Source: Amphiscolops sp. MND2022 (Eukaryota). From it: a stretch of 64,000 bases of DNA. Within the stretch, counting starts at the first letter, position 1; each line of letters begins with the position of its first letter. The DNA lies in the NCBI GenBank assembly GCA_964187785.1, contig OZ076409.1:80230001-80294000 (forward strand), read 5' to 3'. Under the pieces are notes generated by a model. That model had not been told where the DNA came from. It searched no databases and worked only from the letters and a program-made list of their open reading frames with translations. A program made the translations under genes and the position numbers. This document shows, piece by piece, positions 1-13,900 of this stretch.

Positions 1-94
1 AGTGTCCCTTAGGGTGTTTTTGGCACTCTAAAACTGATGAAATTTTAACAATAGTGTCCTTTTGCATTTGCATATTTTAAAAACTTCAAACCAT

Positions 95-2625
95 GAAACA
101 AAAATTCTACAAATTGGCAAATTGGTCGAAGTTTTATTTTCGGAACGGTACGGTTTTTTTTCAAAAAAGTCAATTTTTGAGAGAGTCCCCCTTTGATGAT
201 TTGATAATTTTGGATAGGAAAAGTCATTATAAAGGTCAAAGGGTCACTTCTTAGGGTGTTTTTAGCGCAGAGCGATTTTGTTATGATGGTTTGCTTTCAC
301 TAAAGGGATCTCGCTGTGGGTAATTGATGTTTCTGATAATAAAACGGGGAAATGATTCAATTTTTGTCATTTAAAGCCCAAGCAGTTCCCCTTTGGGTTA
401 TTTTCACACTTTTGGATTGAGAATTTTTCAAAAACATTCTTTGACGCTTTGAATTACTTTTTCTCTTTTCGCGGATTAAGCAGGCATCGACTCATGTCGT
501 TCCCGGCTATTTTAACTTATTTTGCCCAATTTTATGTAACAGTCAAATGAAAAAGGCTCTTTCTACGGAACTCATATACCATAAATTTTGGCCCACGGCA
601 TGTTTATTTGTGAAGAATATGTGGGAAAACTGCATATCCCATTCATTAGAGCATCCAATTTCCCATTCAGTAGAAATAATTTTCCCACAAATCAATCTAG
701 GGATTGAAACAGCCAGGCACTTAAACTTTCTACCGTGTATAGATCAGATATGAACAATAAAAAACTTAACTGAATTTCTTGAATTGGCTTCAATTTCAAA
801 GAAAACTTTGACACAGATCTCAATTTTGGAGCAACACAAATATGAGGAGGCCTGTACTGGTGTGAAAGAAAAGTGCCAACATGAAAGAGGTGAGATTTCA
901 CGCGCCACCGGGTGTAACTGTAACGCACTGATGTTTTTAATGCAAAACCGCATTTCAAAGTTGGAGCGCAAGGGTCCATAGCATCGTCATTTGGGGCGCG
1001 AAAAGAAAATATTTCCCTTTGGCTGGTTCCAATGCTCAAGTTGGAAACGATAGCATGCTTCAATTGTTAATGGTTATGATCCGCCTTGTTCAAGCGCGAA
1101 AATGAGGCTTTGGAAGCGAAACAAAAAACACAACTAGCTTGAGCTGGCGCCAGCGAATCTGTTAGTTCTTTCAATGAAAAAATGGGAGAACGAAGTTAGT
1201 TTCACTACTAAATATACGACTTGCTTCATATAATTTCAACTTTGTGAATTTTAGTCCCAGAATATTAAAAATTGGGCTTTTGTCCAAATTTGTTTTTTTT
1301 TCTAGTTAGCTCAAGCGAAGACCACTGGGAAAAGGATTTGGTTACGGGTGGAAACCTCCGGAATATGAACTTCCTAGAACATCAGAAGCTTTATGTCTTT
1401 CTTTCCTTCTATTGTTCTACTTGATACAACAGTATTTTCGATTCTAAATAATCAATTAAATTGATAGCATGGAACAGCGCTGATTCATAGATCAGTCTAA
1501 AACGATAGGGTGGAAAAAGAACGAGACGCCCGCTGAGCATCGGGATTTTCCCACCTTGAAATCTAGTAGTAGACAACATGGTTTTATGGCTCGAGCGTAG
1601 TCACTGCGAAACTTATAGCAAACGACAACTCATATCAAGCAACAACTCGTATCAGGCGGCAACTCATATCAAGCGATAATTCATATCAGTTACAAAAACG
1701 CGAGAGCTGAAATCATTCATATCAGGTTTTTCAATAGGTTGAAATTACCCTACTCTTATATGTCGAAACCATTTTATATTTCACTGATATCAGAAATGTC
1801 AAAAATTGATTGGAATCATGTCACATTTTATGCATTCCACTAAAGACTCAGTTCTCTGCAATTTTTTATAGGATGTGATAATAAATATAATATCAAAGCA
1901 CTAACGTTTTACGATACAAACCTGTTACTAAGTTATTATTTCCAATAAATGCTCAACAATGAGCTTTTTGTAAATAATTTCAAAACAATCTGTGAATTAA
2001 ACTCCTTAAACCTTTCATCTCATAGGATTAAACTTTCTGAAACGAATTTTGATTCATGTGAGTTGTCGCTGTATAGTTTTGGGAAACTTCCGTTAGCACT
2101 TTGCCATATATCTTCACAAATGAACGATCTATGGGCCAAAATTTACGGTATATGAATTCCGTGGAAATAAACATTTTGCTTTGACTGTAACATGAAATAA
2201 GGCAAAATAAGTTAAAGTAAGCCGGGAACAACATGCACCCGCATAAGACTCAAAAAAGCGCAAAAAAATCAAAGCGTCAAAAGTTGTTTTGAAAAAATTC
2301 TCAATCTAAAAGAGCGTAATTAACCCAAAGGGAACTCTTTGGTCTCTAAATGACAAAACTTGAATCATTTCCCGTTCTATCATCAGAAACATCAAATACC
2401 CAAAGCGAGATACCTTTTGTGAAAGACAACCTTCATAACAAAATCGCTCTGTGCAAAAAACACCCTAAGAAGTGACGCTTTGGCCTTTATAATGGCTTCT
2501 CCTATCCAAAAAAATCATCAGAGAGGAACGCTCTCCCAAAATTGACTCTTTTTTTAAAAAAAACGTACTATGCCGAAAATAAAACTTCGACCAATTTGCC
2601 AATTTGTGGAATTTTTGTTCTGATT
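95..2625. repeat. Diverged inverted repeat pair (~95-625 vs ~2095-2625), probably arms or two copies of a non-autonomous DNA transposon
   Basis: TTCTACAAATTGGCAAATTGGTCGAAGTTTTATTTTCGG (~105) is the reverse complement of CCGAAAATAAAACTTCGACCAATTTGCCAATTTGTGGAA (~2573). Similarity continues with substitutions for ~500 bp. Another fragment lies at 8881-8905/9628-9690. Confidence 0.7.
1620..1690 (+). repeat. Tandem 17-bp repeat (GCGACAACTCATATCA-type), 4 degenerate units
   Basis: Units are directly visible. The same unit forms the arrays at 21638-21770 and 25550-25960. Confidence 0.8.
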
Positions 2626-5600
2626 TTTTTGGATTTCACCATTCGGGATGAAATGATGGTCTCAGTCGGATCGACAGAAAAGTCATGAGGAAAATTCTTG
2701 ATAGTGGTCGGGTTTTATTCCACAAAGCGCTGACTGAAAACAGGTTGAAACAAAGTTTTTGGAACCATGTCACATTTTATGCATTCCACTAAATATTTTG
2801 TTCTTCAATGAAAATGATTATCAAAACTAACGTTTTACGATACAAACCTGTTACTAATTAGTTTATTCCAATAATTGCTCAACAATATACATTGTAGAAC
2901 AAGTGCTGACGTTGCCGACGGTCTAAACCGTTTCTCTCTAGCTGGTGTGGATGTTGAGAAAAAAGACGGTGAATGTACCACCCCTCATTCCAGAAGTATC
3001 GACTTTTTGGAATATGGTATGAAAAAATTTTTAGATCGCGTATTTTTCGATGGGGAAAAGATCTTTGACGTTTCGACATCAGAAAGAGCGAAAATAGCCA
3101 AAAAAGCCAATCTTGTAAGACGGATAGTGCCTTAGACCTAACGGACACAGCTGTCAGAAAAGACTGTTTCTGCTAAGACAGTGTATGTACCCAATCTGAA
3201 TCCCAGGTAACCTTTCGAGCTTCCACCGGACCGTTGAATCAGTATTGTGAGTGCCTACCAAGTTTCTTGCCAATTGGTGCAGTATTTGTTGAGAAATTAA
3301 CGAATACGCACTGCACAGAAAGAGGTGCAAAAACGCAGTTCTTTCAAAATATTTTGGATGTGCGCAGACACTTTATTTGCAAAGTGAGAACAAATTGCAG
3401 CCCGCCATCTTCACTTGTGCTGGTTGGTGCATTGTTAGCGAAAAAACCACACCACTAACTCATAACGGTGCTTGGAAATTGTACGATAAGTGTGCAATTT
3501 GGCTCCTACTGAAACATAGGAATACCGCACTTCTGTACCGAAGTGCATCAGTGTACAGGCCTCGGAACTCCAATCAGTGCTCAGTTCTGTGTATCTACGT
3601 AGGAGCAGGGTTCCATCATCAATTTTGAGCCAGAGTTGTTGACTTTTGGGTGGCGAATACGAGCCACTTGTGTTTTTTTGTACTTTCCGAGAAAAATCAA
3701 ATTTTGTTGTAAACGTCTCGTGCTTGTCTCAGAGAAAGTGTAGCAGCTAACTTAGCTCTGTTTTTCTATGCTTGTGAGTGAGTTGGTAACAACTGCCTGA
3801 GTGGGTTTGAACCTGCTACGACCCGCTTCGACACGTCTCGGACGTGAGTATCCCTTGTTTCAGCTTAAGTTTTCACCGAGACGAAAATTGAGAAAGTGGG
3901 GGTAAAAGCAACGTTTAGGTGTTGGAAACCCATGGAAACCCCTAGCTTCAACTCCTATTTGTGAACATTTTGCTGTATTTGTGAATTTTGACGAATATCT
4001 AGTGTACTGACTTGCTGGACCTAGCATTTTATTACTTCCAGTTGTGATATCCTGTGTATTGTAACGAGTTGAACCCTTTTTTGGGAATTATCGGCGCACC
4101 TTTTTGGAAAGTCGATACTATAATGCTTTGGATTTTTGTTATCAATGTCATTTGGTGCACCGTTGCTAGAACAGTAAGCTCGCGAGCTCAGCCCTGTGGA
4201 CAAGAGTCTTTGAATGCACCTGAAAAATCATGTCATTCGAGACACTGTGATACGGAAAGACTATACCGTATCTGAAATTCATCCAATCATTTTAGCCCCC
4301 AGTTGGTGCCTATTTCAGTATCACTGGCTATACGGAGGTTGTGTGGCTATGAGTTTGAGCCCGACCCTACGTTTCCACTCGTTGTACGAGCCACTTGAGT
4401 TTTTTTCGATAAAACTTGAAATTTCAAAAAAAAATCGGTGAAAAACTCTCTAGCTTGTAGCTGGAGGTATTTATCAACTTTGGGAGGTCATTCCAAGCCT
4501 GTGTGACTGACCAAAAATTGCAGTGTAGTTTCCTGCCCAGTACGAGTGATAGAACTGATTTTAACTGTGCTAAGACACGCATTTCGACAAAAACACCGAG
4601 AAACTATCAGAGCAGCGAACAAACTAAAACCCTAATACTTACGCTGTACAGCAGTCAGAGACCATATGCCCCCAATTTCCAACGGAAGGAACCTGGTAGG
4701 CCTTCCTGGGTGCAAACGAGGCAAATCCTACGTTTAAAAAACTGGCTGGCAGGGGTCATGAGTTTTTGACTCCACTAGGACTTTGAAATTTGGTCCTGAT
4801 AAGATCTCAATCGGAAGTTTTCAGTGCCTGCGACGCACTTCGGACTGTTTTTTGTTTAGAAGAACACCTGTAGGCATTACGTTGTGAGCCCAAACAGGAT
4901 TTTGAATTTCTATGAACCGCCAAAATCGGGGAGTCCGAATTAACCAAAATCACGAGATTTTCAGAGGAGTCATCTCCTAGCGACAAAAAATTGACCAAGT
5001 TGCCCAAGTGTGAAACTTTTTTGACTACTCTGGTGCCCCAATTTGATGTTAATTTACAGTGTCAAACAGAATAAGCACCAAAAATCTTGTCAGTTTTGCA
5101 GAGAACACTTTCCGGTAATTGCAACACACCCAAATTCATTGAGGTTGAGAGGTCAATAGACAGCTCGACTGTTTTTTTTTCGTGTGCACTATCCAACACT
5201 ACCTCAGTATTGTGCCCGTGAGCACAATTTTTCCGCCCAACGCATAACGTGAAAGGTGTGGAGCAACTTTCAGCACGCTGTGACCACTAGAATTTATCTT
5301 GATTGTCACCATGAGACTACTTTTGGATACAAAAAAAGTTCTAGTGATGCAGTTTGAACTATCTGAAGCCGAAATGAAACGGTGGGTCTTCGACCGCCTC
5401 AGCTCCTTTTTCAAGGGAAAGAGGTAGCCAGTGCAGCACAACCAGGCAATGAACTAGTCCTAAAGCAGAAAACGAATTCCAAAATATAAATGAACATGGC
5501 CGATCGATGAAGTTAGAGGATCTGAACGTGGAAAACTGGCCTTTAGAGGATAGTTATGAGGTTCTCTCTGACTTTCTAACTCAATGCCAGGTAACTCGCG

Positions 5601-7653
5601 AGTTACTGGGCCAGAGAGTATTATAAGTGTTTCCAGTCCTAGTTCAGCATCGTCGTCGAGAATGTCTTCTCTCCATGGAACCCGTTTTCAGACTTATCAG
5701 TCACAGAACCAAAAAATAGAGGCCCTAGAGCAGCAGATGGGGATGAGATATCAGTCTTGTTGGCACAAAGCAATCTACGCAGCGACAAATAGCTAGCTCG
5801 AACGCCAGCACAATTGCATTCGATGAGGGCAGAGGTACACTTCGCAAGCGCCACTATCAATATTCCAAGTGACGCCGAAGTAGAACTAATGACACCGCCT
5901 ACAAAAGACATGGAGGTATAAACAACATTTTTGGACACTACAACCTTGGGCATTGCTGATCCGTTACCTTTGTATCACACCGCTGATTATGGATTGCACG
6001 AGGGCAACCCCTTCTCAAGTGATACGAAAGATGAACTGATATATACCTTACCCTCCTCTTCACCCATAAAGTTGGAGAGGGCACCCTTAACTCCAAATTC
6101 TTGCTCTGCAACAAATTGCGGATTGCGAAGTCTATCTGCCAATGTTGTGCAGGAAGTTGAAAGAGCATCAACATCTGACCTCCTTCAAAACCACCTATCG
6201 ACATCTCCAATGGATCTCTCACTTCCCTGAAACCAAGTCCAAATTCTCAAATTCAAAGCTGCTGCCGAATTTGTTGAAAGAATCTATTGATCCGTGTTCT
6301 GGTAAACATGGTCTGAAGGATTATAGTTTGGTAGACTCACCAATCGTCATCACGTAGTTGCCTTGTGATTCAGCTAAAACTCGACCATCTGGACGTAGAC
6401 GTGGTTGACCACCGCGCAATGCTTGTAAACACTCACGGTAAAAAGTGCTGCCATCCCTTTATGATGGACGTCTTCGTGGTCGCCCACCACTCTCAGCCGC
6501 GGAAACCTTTCTACTACCATGGTCACACTAACCGAAGGGACATAGGCGTGGCCGCCCTGCGAGCAACTGTCCCACATCCTGTCCAAGACCAAATTTATCC
6601 TCGTGCATTTTGCGTGTTGGGCATTATCTTCTTTCTACTTCCGGCTATTTTCTTATCGAGGAGGGTGCTCAACGACTAAGGCCCGGGAAGGAGTCAACTA
6701 AGGCCCGGGAGCCTCATTGAAGGATAAAAACACCCCTATACTTCACGATTCAATTGGACAACACCCGGAGGGTATCTCTACGTTTGGTAATGGACACCTT
6801 TCAACGTTATATTTTTTTTTCAAGCAGTTGTTTCTGCAACTTGATTTCTCAAAACTTGATTTTTCTTCAGTAGTAGCCATGTAAACGTACGTCGCGGCAT
6901 TTCTGTTGATAGTCTTTTCCCAGAAGTTTGAAGTAGAATACTTCTATAAATGCTAAAAGATACCCAAAAACTCTACACGTATCGTTTCGCCGAAAGGTGC
7001 TATTTTTGTTTTTGCGTAAAGTTTTAGAAGGTTTCCGTTCTTTGCAGTTTAGGTGTGATACTTAAAAATTGTGGAGCTCGCGCACTCCAAATATCTGAAA
7101 AGCGGGACTTTGTCAATCTTTGCCTACTTTACTCCAGTGTTTAATCTCACGAGTAGTTCGTAGTTTGTGTTTGATGCGCTCCTTAACAGATGCTACTAAA
7201 CTCCATACATTCAAAACCAGCTTGTCGTTTTTTAAACAGTGGTTTTTCCGTTGATAAAAAGTTTCATCGAGAACAATATAAAAGAATTTTCAACGTCCAA
7301 AAATATGCTAGCAAGATCCTACTCAATTTCGGTCCAGAAAACTCGTGCTGAAAAATTGAAGCTCTTAGATTGATATACGGAATTTTTTCTTTGATCAATT
7401 TAAAAGTGCATTTTTGAGTACTTGTTGTCTAGCTCGAGGATTAGCTCTGTTTAAAGAATTTGTGGATGATGGAGGCTCTCTGGACGGCAAGAAGCAACAC
7501 CTCAAGTTTGCACAAATTGTGAAAGATGACAGTGTCACTGTACCCTTGCAAAAAAGCATCAGTTGGAACTCCCAGTGTATAGCAATGATGATATGGAAGT
7601 GTTTCCTCCATATCCGGATGACGGGGACGTCATGCCTAAGACCCGAGGAGTGA

Positions 7654-8397
7654 TGTAACGGAACCCTCTGGTTCAACGAGGTTTCAAAAAAATCGACCAA
7701 AAATTCGTTCAAATCTGAAGTGGCAAATTGAGCATGTTTTGACCAAAGTACATGCCAAAAAAGCAGTTCATAAGACAAGGCAAGCCGCCCGCCGAGACTA
7801 CCGAGCCGGAACATGGAGAACGAAACAGCTTGAGAGCTGAGAGAACTCTGAAAAAACTCTTTCTGAGGTGCTTACACGGTTTTTACCGATTTTCCGAGTT
7901 ATGCTACCCAATGTAGCAAGAACCGGTGAAATGAGTCGTTTCGTCTTATTATCTTTGTTTGGTGCTTGGAGTCCCTGCGCACCAGCTTGTAGCTGTGTGG
8001 TTTGCCATATTCATGCGTGCTTCACGGTATTTTATTGGTGTTTAGCTGTATTAATTAGCTCGATCGCTAGTTTTCGATACTATTCGGAGTTTTAGACATT
8101 ATTCCGATATCACCCTGAAAAAAAGAGAAATTTACACTGTTCATCCTTGGCATTGTTTTTAAAGGCTGTCTAAACGGTGGTTGTGAATAGAAAAAAGCAT
8201 AATGCTCGTTATTCTCAGTAGCTACAGACTGGAACAGGTCGGAGAGCATCCTTTAAGACGGTTCCCCCTCCTCTGGACCGGCAACCCTTAGGAGGTAAAA
8301 TGAGCTGGTGTCATGGTGGTTTGTCCTGGACCATATCCATCATATCAGTCCCTCCTCCCTATTGTGGGGTAACAAACGCTCAGCGCTTTCCGTTACA
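7654..8397 (+). mobile_element. LTR (TGTAACGG...CCGTTACA), possibly the 3' LTR of a decayed element upstream
   Basis: TG...CA ends with 8-bp inverted termini. A diverged reverse-complement copy lies at 28038-28777. A purine-rich GAGGAGTGA tract precedes it. No TSD is visible. Confidence 0.65.
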
Positions 8398-8880
8398 TTT
8401 CGTCCTAAATTCCAGAAAGCGACATTTCCTCTCAAGCATCAATTCGTCCCATTTTGAAAAGGCGACAATTCGTCCCATTTGTAAAAAGCGACAGTTCGTA
8501 CAAAATGGTTTAATTGATTAGCTAATTAGCAACCTTTTGAAGGTTGAAATGAAAGAAATACTCAAATCAACTACACATAAATTCATTTAAGCACGTGACA
8601 ACGCTTAGAAAATGTTGCATTTTAACATACTAGTCGTAGAATGTTAAACGTAATTGTTGGTATCTGCCTCTAATTGTAATTTTTCCGGATTCATTATTAC
8701 AAAGGTCTTTATTGGCAATTAAATAGGGGACAAGTTCCAGCTTTTAATAACTTGGACGAACTGTCACCGTTTCAAAATGGAACGAATTGTCACTTGGGAC
8801 GAATTGTCGTTTTTTTTTGGAATTTGGGACGAATTGTCGCCTGGGACGAATCGTCGCTTTGGACGAATTGTCGCTTTACG
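8398..8880. mobile_element. MITE/foldback-like element with inverted arrays of GCGACAATTCGTCCCA
   Basis: CGACAATTCGTCCCA-type units at 8398-8505 and their reverse complements (TGGGACGAATTGTCG) at 8752-8876 flank an AT-rich core. Confidence 0.7.
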
Positions 8881-8905
8881 CTTCCGTTGGCACTTTCCCA
8901 CATAT

Positions 8906-9627
8906 TGTAACGTCAGGCAGTCGATGTTACAAAATTTCGATGAAAAATTCGAAATGTGCGATATCAAATAAGCACATTCAAGATGGCCGACCCGATGGTA
9001 CAAAAACCGTAGAAGAACCAAGAAAACGTACAAACAGAGCACCCAGTAATCCCCGACACCCGAAGAAACCCGGAAGAAGCTGAAGAGAGAGTGAAACCCA
9101 GTGTGGTGTCATATCATCCAGAAAAATCTCGAAAGGGACCCTCCAGGATCAAGGTGCAACCTGTCAGTGGATTTTTACAAGAACTCCGGAACAAGAAGAT
9201 GCCCGAGGAACTCTTAGTACATAATTTCATTGTTATTATTGCTTTTGGCAAGTTTGTGATGAAATTGGATCTAGCAGATCCCAATTTTGCTGATTTCAGA
9301 TCTAATTCTGCAAATATAATGAACTTTTGCTGAACACCGTTTTTGGACCTCGGAAGTATGTAGGTCGCGGGAACACGCTAGAAACCTTAGGATTTGTTTT
9401 TATAGGCTTGTGGGGCTGGTCCGGACTTTGAGAGTGCCGGCGCGTCGCCTCGGAGCTCTAACTAGAGGAGCCTCCTTAGACGTCAGAAAACTCCCCGTCA
9501 GAAAATCTAGGAGACCATTTTGGGAGAAAATCTAATGTCTTGGGCTGGAGTAAGACAACGGTCTCCTGTTTAAGCACCCTAGGCATTGTCCCACTTCCTA
9601 GATGTGCGCCGGCAGCCGGAAGTTACA
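8906..9627. mobile_element. Solo LTR-like insertion (TGTAAC...GTTACA)
   Basis: The flanks CTTCCGTTGGCACTTTCCCACATAT | TATCTTCACAAATGAAC rejoin to match the uninterrupted paralogous sequence at ~2087-2165. TG...CA ends with 6-bp inverted termini. The TSD is imperfect (TAT/CATAT). Confidence 0.7.
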
Positions 9628-10713
9628 TATCTTCACAAATGAACATACTCTGGGCCAAAATTTATGGTACATGAATTCCGTGGAAAAACGGAAGCCTCAA
9701 AAATGACTAGCCTCAAAGACTGGTACCAACTTTTCTGGACTGTCTCCCATAACTATTTCTTCGAACTTCTTGACGTTGCCATCTGAAAAAAACGTTTGTG
9801 TTATTATTTCTGTGTTATAGCTTAGTCTCGACTACGCAACAGTTTGTGAAAATAACTAACAGTTAACCGCTTTTGACTGACTCATAACAACGCTATCGAA
9901 ATCTCATCAGTTTTTCTTTGGAGATAGCATAGATAACTTTGAAACAATTGCAGACATTTCTTCTTAATCTCGATTTTTTAAGTGGACACCTAGAATAGTC
10001 TAGGTGTCTACTCAAAGTCGAACCCATTCACCATTATGGTGGCTAAGATTCATCTTATACAGTAACCTAACGCAATAAACAACTATATCGAAGTTTCATC
10101 GACCCTTACTACTGAATATATACAAAAATTGCGAAAACTATTATAATGGGAATTGGGACAGACCCTTTCACGCTTTGAGCAGAATATTACACAACGAACT
10201 GATAAGCTGTACCTCTGGCAAGAAAACCTTGAACTGATTTGGGAATGGTTACTAAACATAGAAAAAAATATCATTTGCGGTAATCAGCTAATGTTAGCAA
10301 AATTCAGATCACTGGTAAAGGGCAAAGTTTTAAAGGAGATCAAAAATATCAAATGAGCAGCTCAAGAGGTGAAGAATACAATTCAAACATCGAGTTAGGA
10401 AACAAATAAAATTCAAAAAGTCATATCGGTTAATGATCTTTGTTTCATGTTTTACTAGAAAGTCAGTTATATCATAAACGGTGAAAAACTCACGTTTTGG
10501 AAAAAAAGGTTGAAAAGTCGATCAAGCATTAGTTAAAAAGCTGTAACCAGGTCAAATGCTATTTGAATACCTAACGTACGAAATTCAGGCAAAACCAAGT
10601 CTGTAAATTTCCTATGATTTTAAAATTTGTTGGTCATCTGTTGTTTTTCAATGTAGTTTGTTAAATTTTCCTAGTTACAAGTTTGAGTTTATTTCCGTTT
10701 GTGAAATGGCTCT

Positions 10714-10952
10714 TGTTGTATTCTCGGTCTAGTACGGTAAAAAGGCTCTTTATCTAAGACGATAAATTCGTATCTTCTTCAGTAACTAATCTATGATATC
10801 AATCTCAAGTACAATGGTCAATGATCTATCGTACAACACAAAATGCAGTAAACTCAAATTGACAGTAATTAGAGTTTTATGTTTAACAACAATAGTATGT
10901 TCTCTGTCTAGGTTCATAGTTTTGAAGGTCATGATATCTGCATGATATCACA
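10714..10952 (-). repeat. 3' LTR of the Gypsy element
   Basis: Matches 16438-16676 except ATGTTCTC vs ATGCTCTC. The polypurine tract (10953-10964, minus strand) is adjacent. Confidence 0.97.
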
Positions 10953-13900
10953 TTCCCCCCTCTTCGGAGTTGTCCAATGGGGGTTTGTTGCAGTGGCCGT
11001 ATGGTACGGATTTCTTCGTTGTTTTTCCGCATTGGACGGTCATTCTCCATCTCATTTCTCTCCGCTGTTTCCGCTGTTGTTTCCTGTAATAAATTACCGG
11101 GGTTAGTTAATTTTTTCTTATTGTTACTAATGTGGTACGGTATTCCGCCTAGTTTTTCGGATTGTTTTGCAAAAGGTAGTCTATTAGATCTTCTGACCGG
11201 TTCTATCGGTTTTTCTGTCCTATTTTTTCCTTTATAGCTACCTTGTTCCGGTGTCAGGTTGGTCTCCTTGGGGTGGAGCTGGAGTTCAACCTCGATGCTG
11301 ACTTGTATCGGTTTTCCTTCCGCTTTGTTGTAGCATTCGAAGTCGTCGTCGTCGGATATAATGTTCAGGTTTAAATTTGCCGTGTTTTTGTTTGGTGAAG
11401 TGAATTGTCCCTTGTTGTTTCTGGGTATTTCTTTTCTTTTCGACCAGTCTTCGCTTCTTTCATAGTTTGCGATGTTCTTCGGTGTCTCTCTCCTACTATA
11501 GATGCAGGGTGCTCCGCTGGTGGTTGCTTTGTTCAGTGTTTTGGAGCAGGTAGGCTGGTCTACAGTGTTTTGGCGGGTGTTGATCTTCTTTGCCGGGGTT
11601 GTTGTTGTTTGGTGAAATGGTAACGGGTTGGATATTAATTTCCTGTGGATTACTTTGTTCTTATCCGTTGTCACGGTGTGTCTTGTTCCAGATACAGCGG
11701 TTTGTATTTTATTTTTGAATTTACTTTCCATAGATCCTTTTTTGTAGTTTTTTTCGTAAAATTTGAAAGGACATTCAAATTTACTTACCTCACTGGTCGT
11801 TTTTTTTGTTTGGGAGAATGTCATCCCACATTTGTAATTTGGTTTGGCTATCTTTTTCGTTGACATTACCAGATGATCCGTGATTTGCCCGGTTGAGTTT
11901 CTGGTGATGTACACCGAAAGATCTTTGGAGTCCACTAAAATAGAATTTTTTAGGTTAGACAGTTTGGTTCTTGGTGTCCGTCCGAAGTGCAATTCAAACG
12001 GAGTTTTCTTTGTTTCTGAGTGTATTGTAAATCTTAGGACATATAATGCTCTATTTACGCTTTCACGAAGATTTTGGTTGTCTTCTAAAGTTGCCAGTGT
12101 CAAGTTCTTCAACGATTGGATTGTGCGTTCGACCAATCCGGTGCCAGTGTGTAGGTTTGCCGTACCGTATATGCGGTTGATATTATGCGTCTTACAGTAT
12201 TCTATGTATTCTTTGGAGATAAAGGCGCCGCCTTTGTCCGATTTTATTTGTTTCGGTACTCCGTATACGTTTATATATTCATCCAGAAATGAAATTACGG
12301 TTTCATGGTTCGTGTTTTTACATATTTTTGCTACGGGCCATCGGCTATTTTTATCCACCGCAATTAGTATGAACGGATTGTTTTGCAGTTTTTTGTTGTT
12401 GAGATTTCCCGTGAAATCGATTTGTATTTCTTCACCGGGTGTTTTTGGCGGTTCAACTATTGATTTTTCGGTTTGGGGTATTTGGAATTTTAGGTTTTTA
12501 CCGGCGTTGAGGCAGGCTGAGCAGGTTTTCGATTTCTTCTCGATATCTTCCCGCATATTCGGCCACCAGAATATTGCTGCGTTGTTGTACATTTTGTTTA
12601 TCCCGGGGTGTCCAAAATGTAGTGCGTTAAGTGCTCCGTAGCGTAGTGATTTTGGGATTACGATGCGGTCATCAACCAGTATAATGCCCCAACGGTGTGT
12701 CAGTTTCTTGGCTACAGTTCTGTAGTTCTGCGGGATTTGGTCCAGTTTGTTGTCCTCGATGCAGCAGTTTAGTTCGACAAGATCGGGGTCAGCGGCCGTC
12801 TCCTTGATTATGGTTTGCAAGTCTAGCATGAAGTCCAGTTCTGCCGATCTGACATTATCCTCTTGTTGTCTGTTACGCTTCGGTTTTTCTTCAACTACGC
12901 GGTTAATTCTCACGTCGTGTACGGCGATTTCTTCGATTGTCCCGTCTCTGTATTCTTGGACTGGTATTGCTGGGTAGGTTCCGGGTTCGTGGGTGGCTAC
13001 TACTTCCTCCGAGTTGTTTGAGACGGTGGATTCTGCGTCTCGGTTGATTTCGTTTCCTGGGGCCGGTTCGTTTCTCTCGGTTTGTTGTTGTTCGGTATTT
13101 TGTCCTTGGGGGATATCATCCCCAAAGTTTTGAAAATGACCTCCGACGATATGATGTTCTCTAATTTTTTGTCTCAGTCGAATGTCGATTCGTTTTATTT
13201 CTCTTCTTTCGTCTTCTTCCGGTCTTCTCGGTATGTTTATTTCTCGGCCCAAATTCTTGTTGAAATGTGGTCTCATTACACCCGGTCTCGCCAATTGTAC
13301 TCTTCTCCTCACAAGTTCCGTAGTTTCGGGTGATTTGTCTCTTGCATTGATAATGGTCATAATATCGTCATCTGCACCCCAATGGTGTCGTAATTGTCCG
13401 TCTGTACGGAAGAAACGTGTGTTATTTTCATTGTTATTCATTTTTACACAATCAGTATTGGATGAATGCTGTTGTATGCGGTAATTAGAATCAATATGAC
13501 TTTTGTTTGTTTGGTAGCGTCGCGTGTCAATTAGCGAGCGCGTATCACGCATGTTTGCTTCGGTTGCCGTGGTCGCGTCTTCTGATTGGACGAAAATCCG
13601 TCCTATTCGGACGTTTACCGTTGCTAGTTGCCCGATGGCGTTAATACCAAATTCTTCTTCGTAATTTTCTTCCGGTTCTGGATTTTCGGTAGGATTTTGG
13701 CTGATAAAGTCCGTGAATTTAATTTCTTTACCTGCGGTGTGTTTTAAACAGATGTCGAAGTGGTTCAATCTGTCTAGTTATCGTGTTAGTCGCGCACTGT
13801 ATTGTTTATTTGTCTTGTTTCTCTCCAGGAGGGGTTCTAGTGCTTGATGGTCCGAGAATAATTGGACTTGTTTGCCATATAAATGGAATCTGAATCTTTC

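Noticed and set aside
2875..4275. Possible Tc1/mariner transposase relics (VFFDGEKIF; IWCTVARTV)
   Set aside because: The resemblance to FSDEKxF and the C-terminal IW motif is too short and degraded, and no TIR/TA pair was found.
5199..7653. Cluster of 70-140-aa ORFs in GC-richer DNA
   Set aside because: No intact motif is present. At best it is a decayed retroelement interior.
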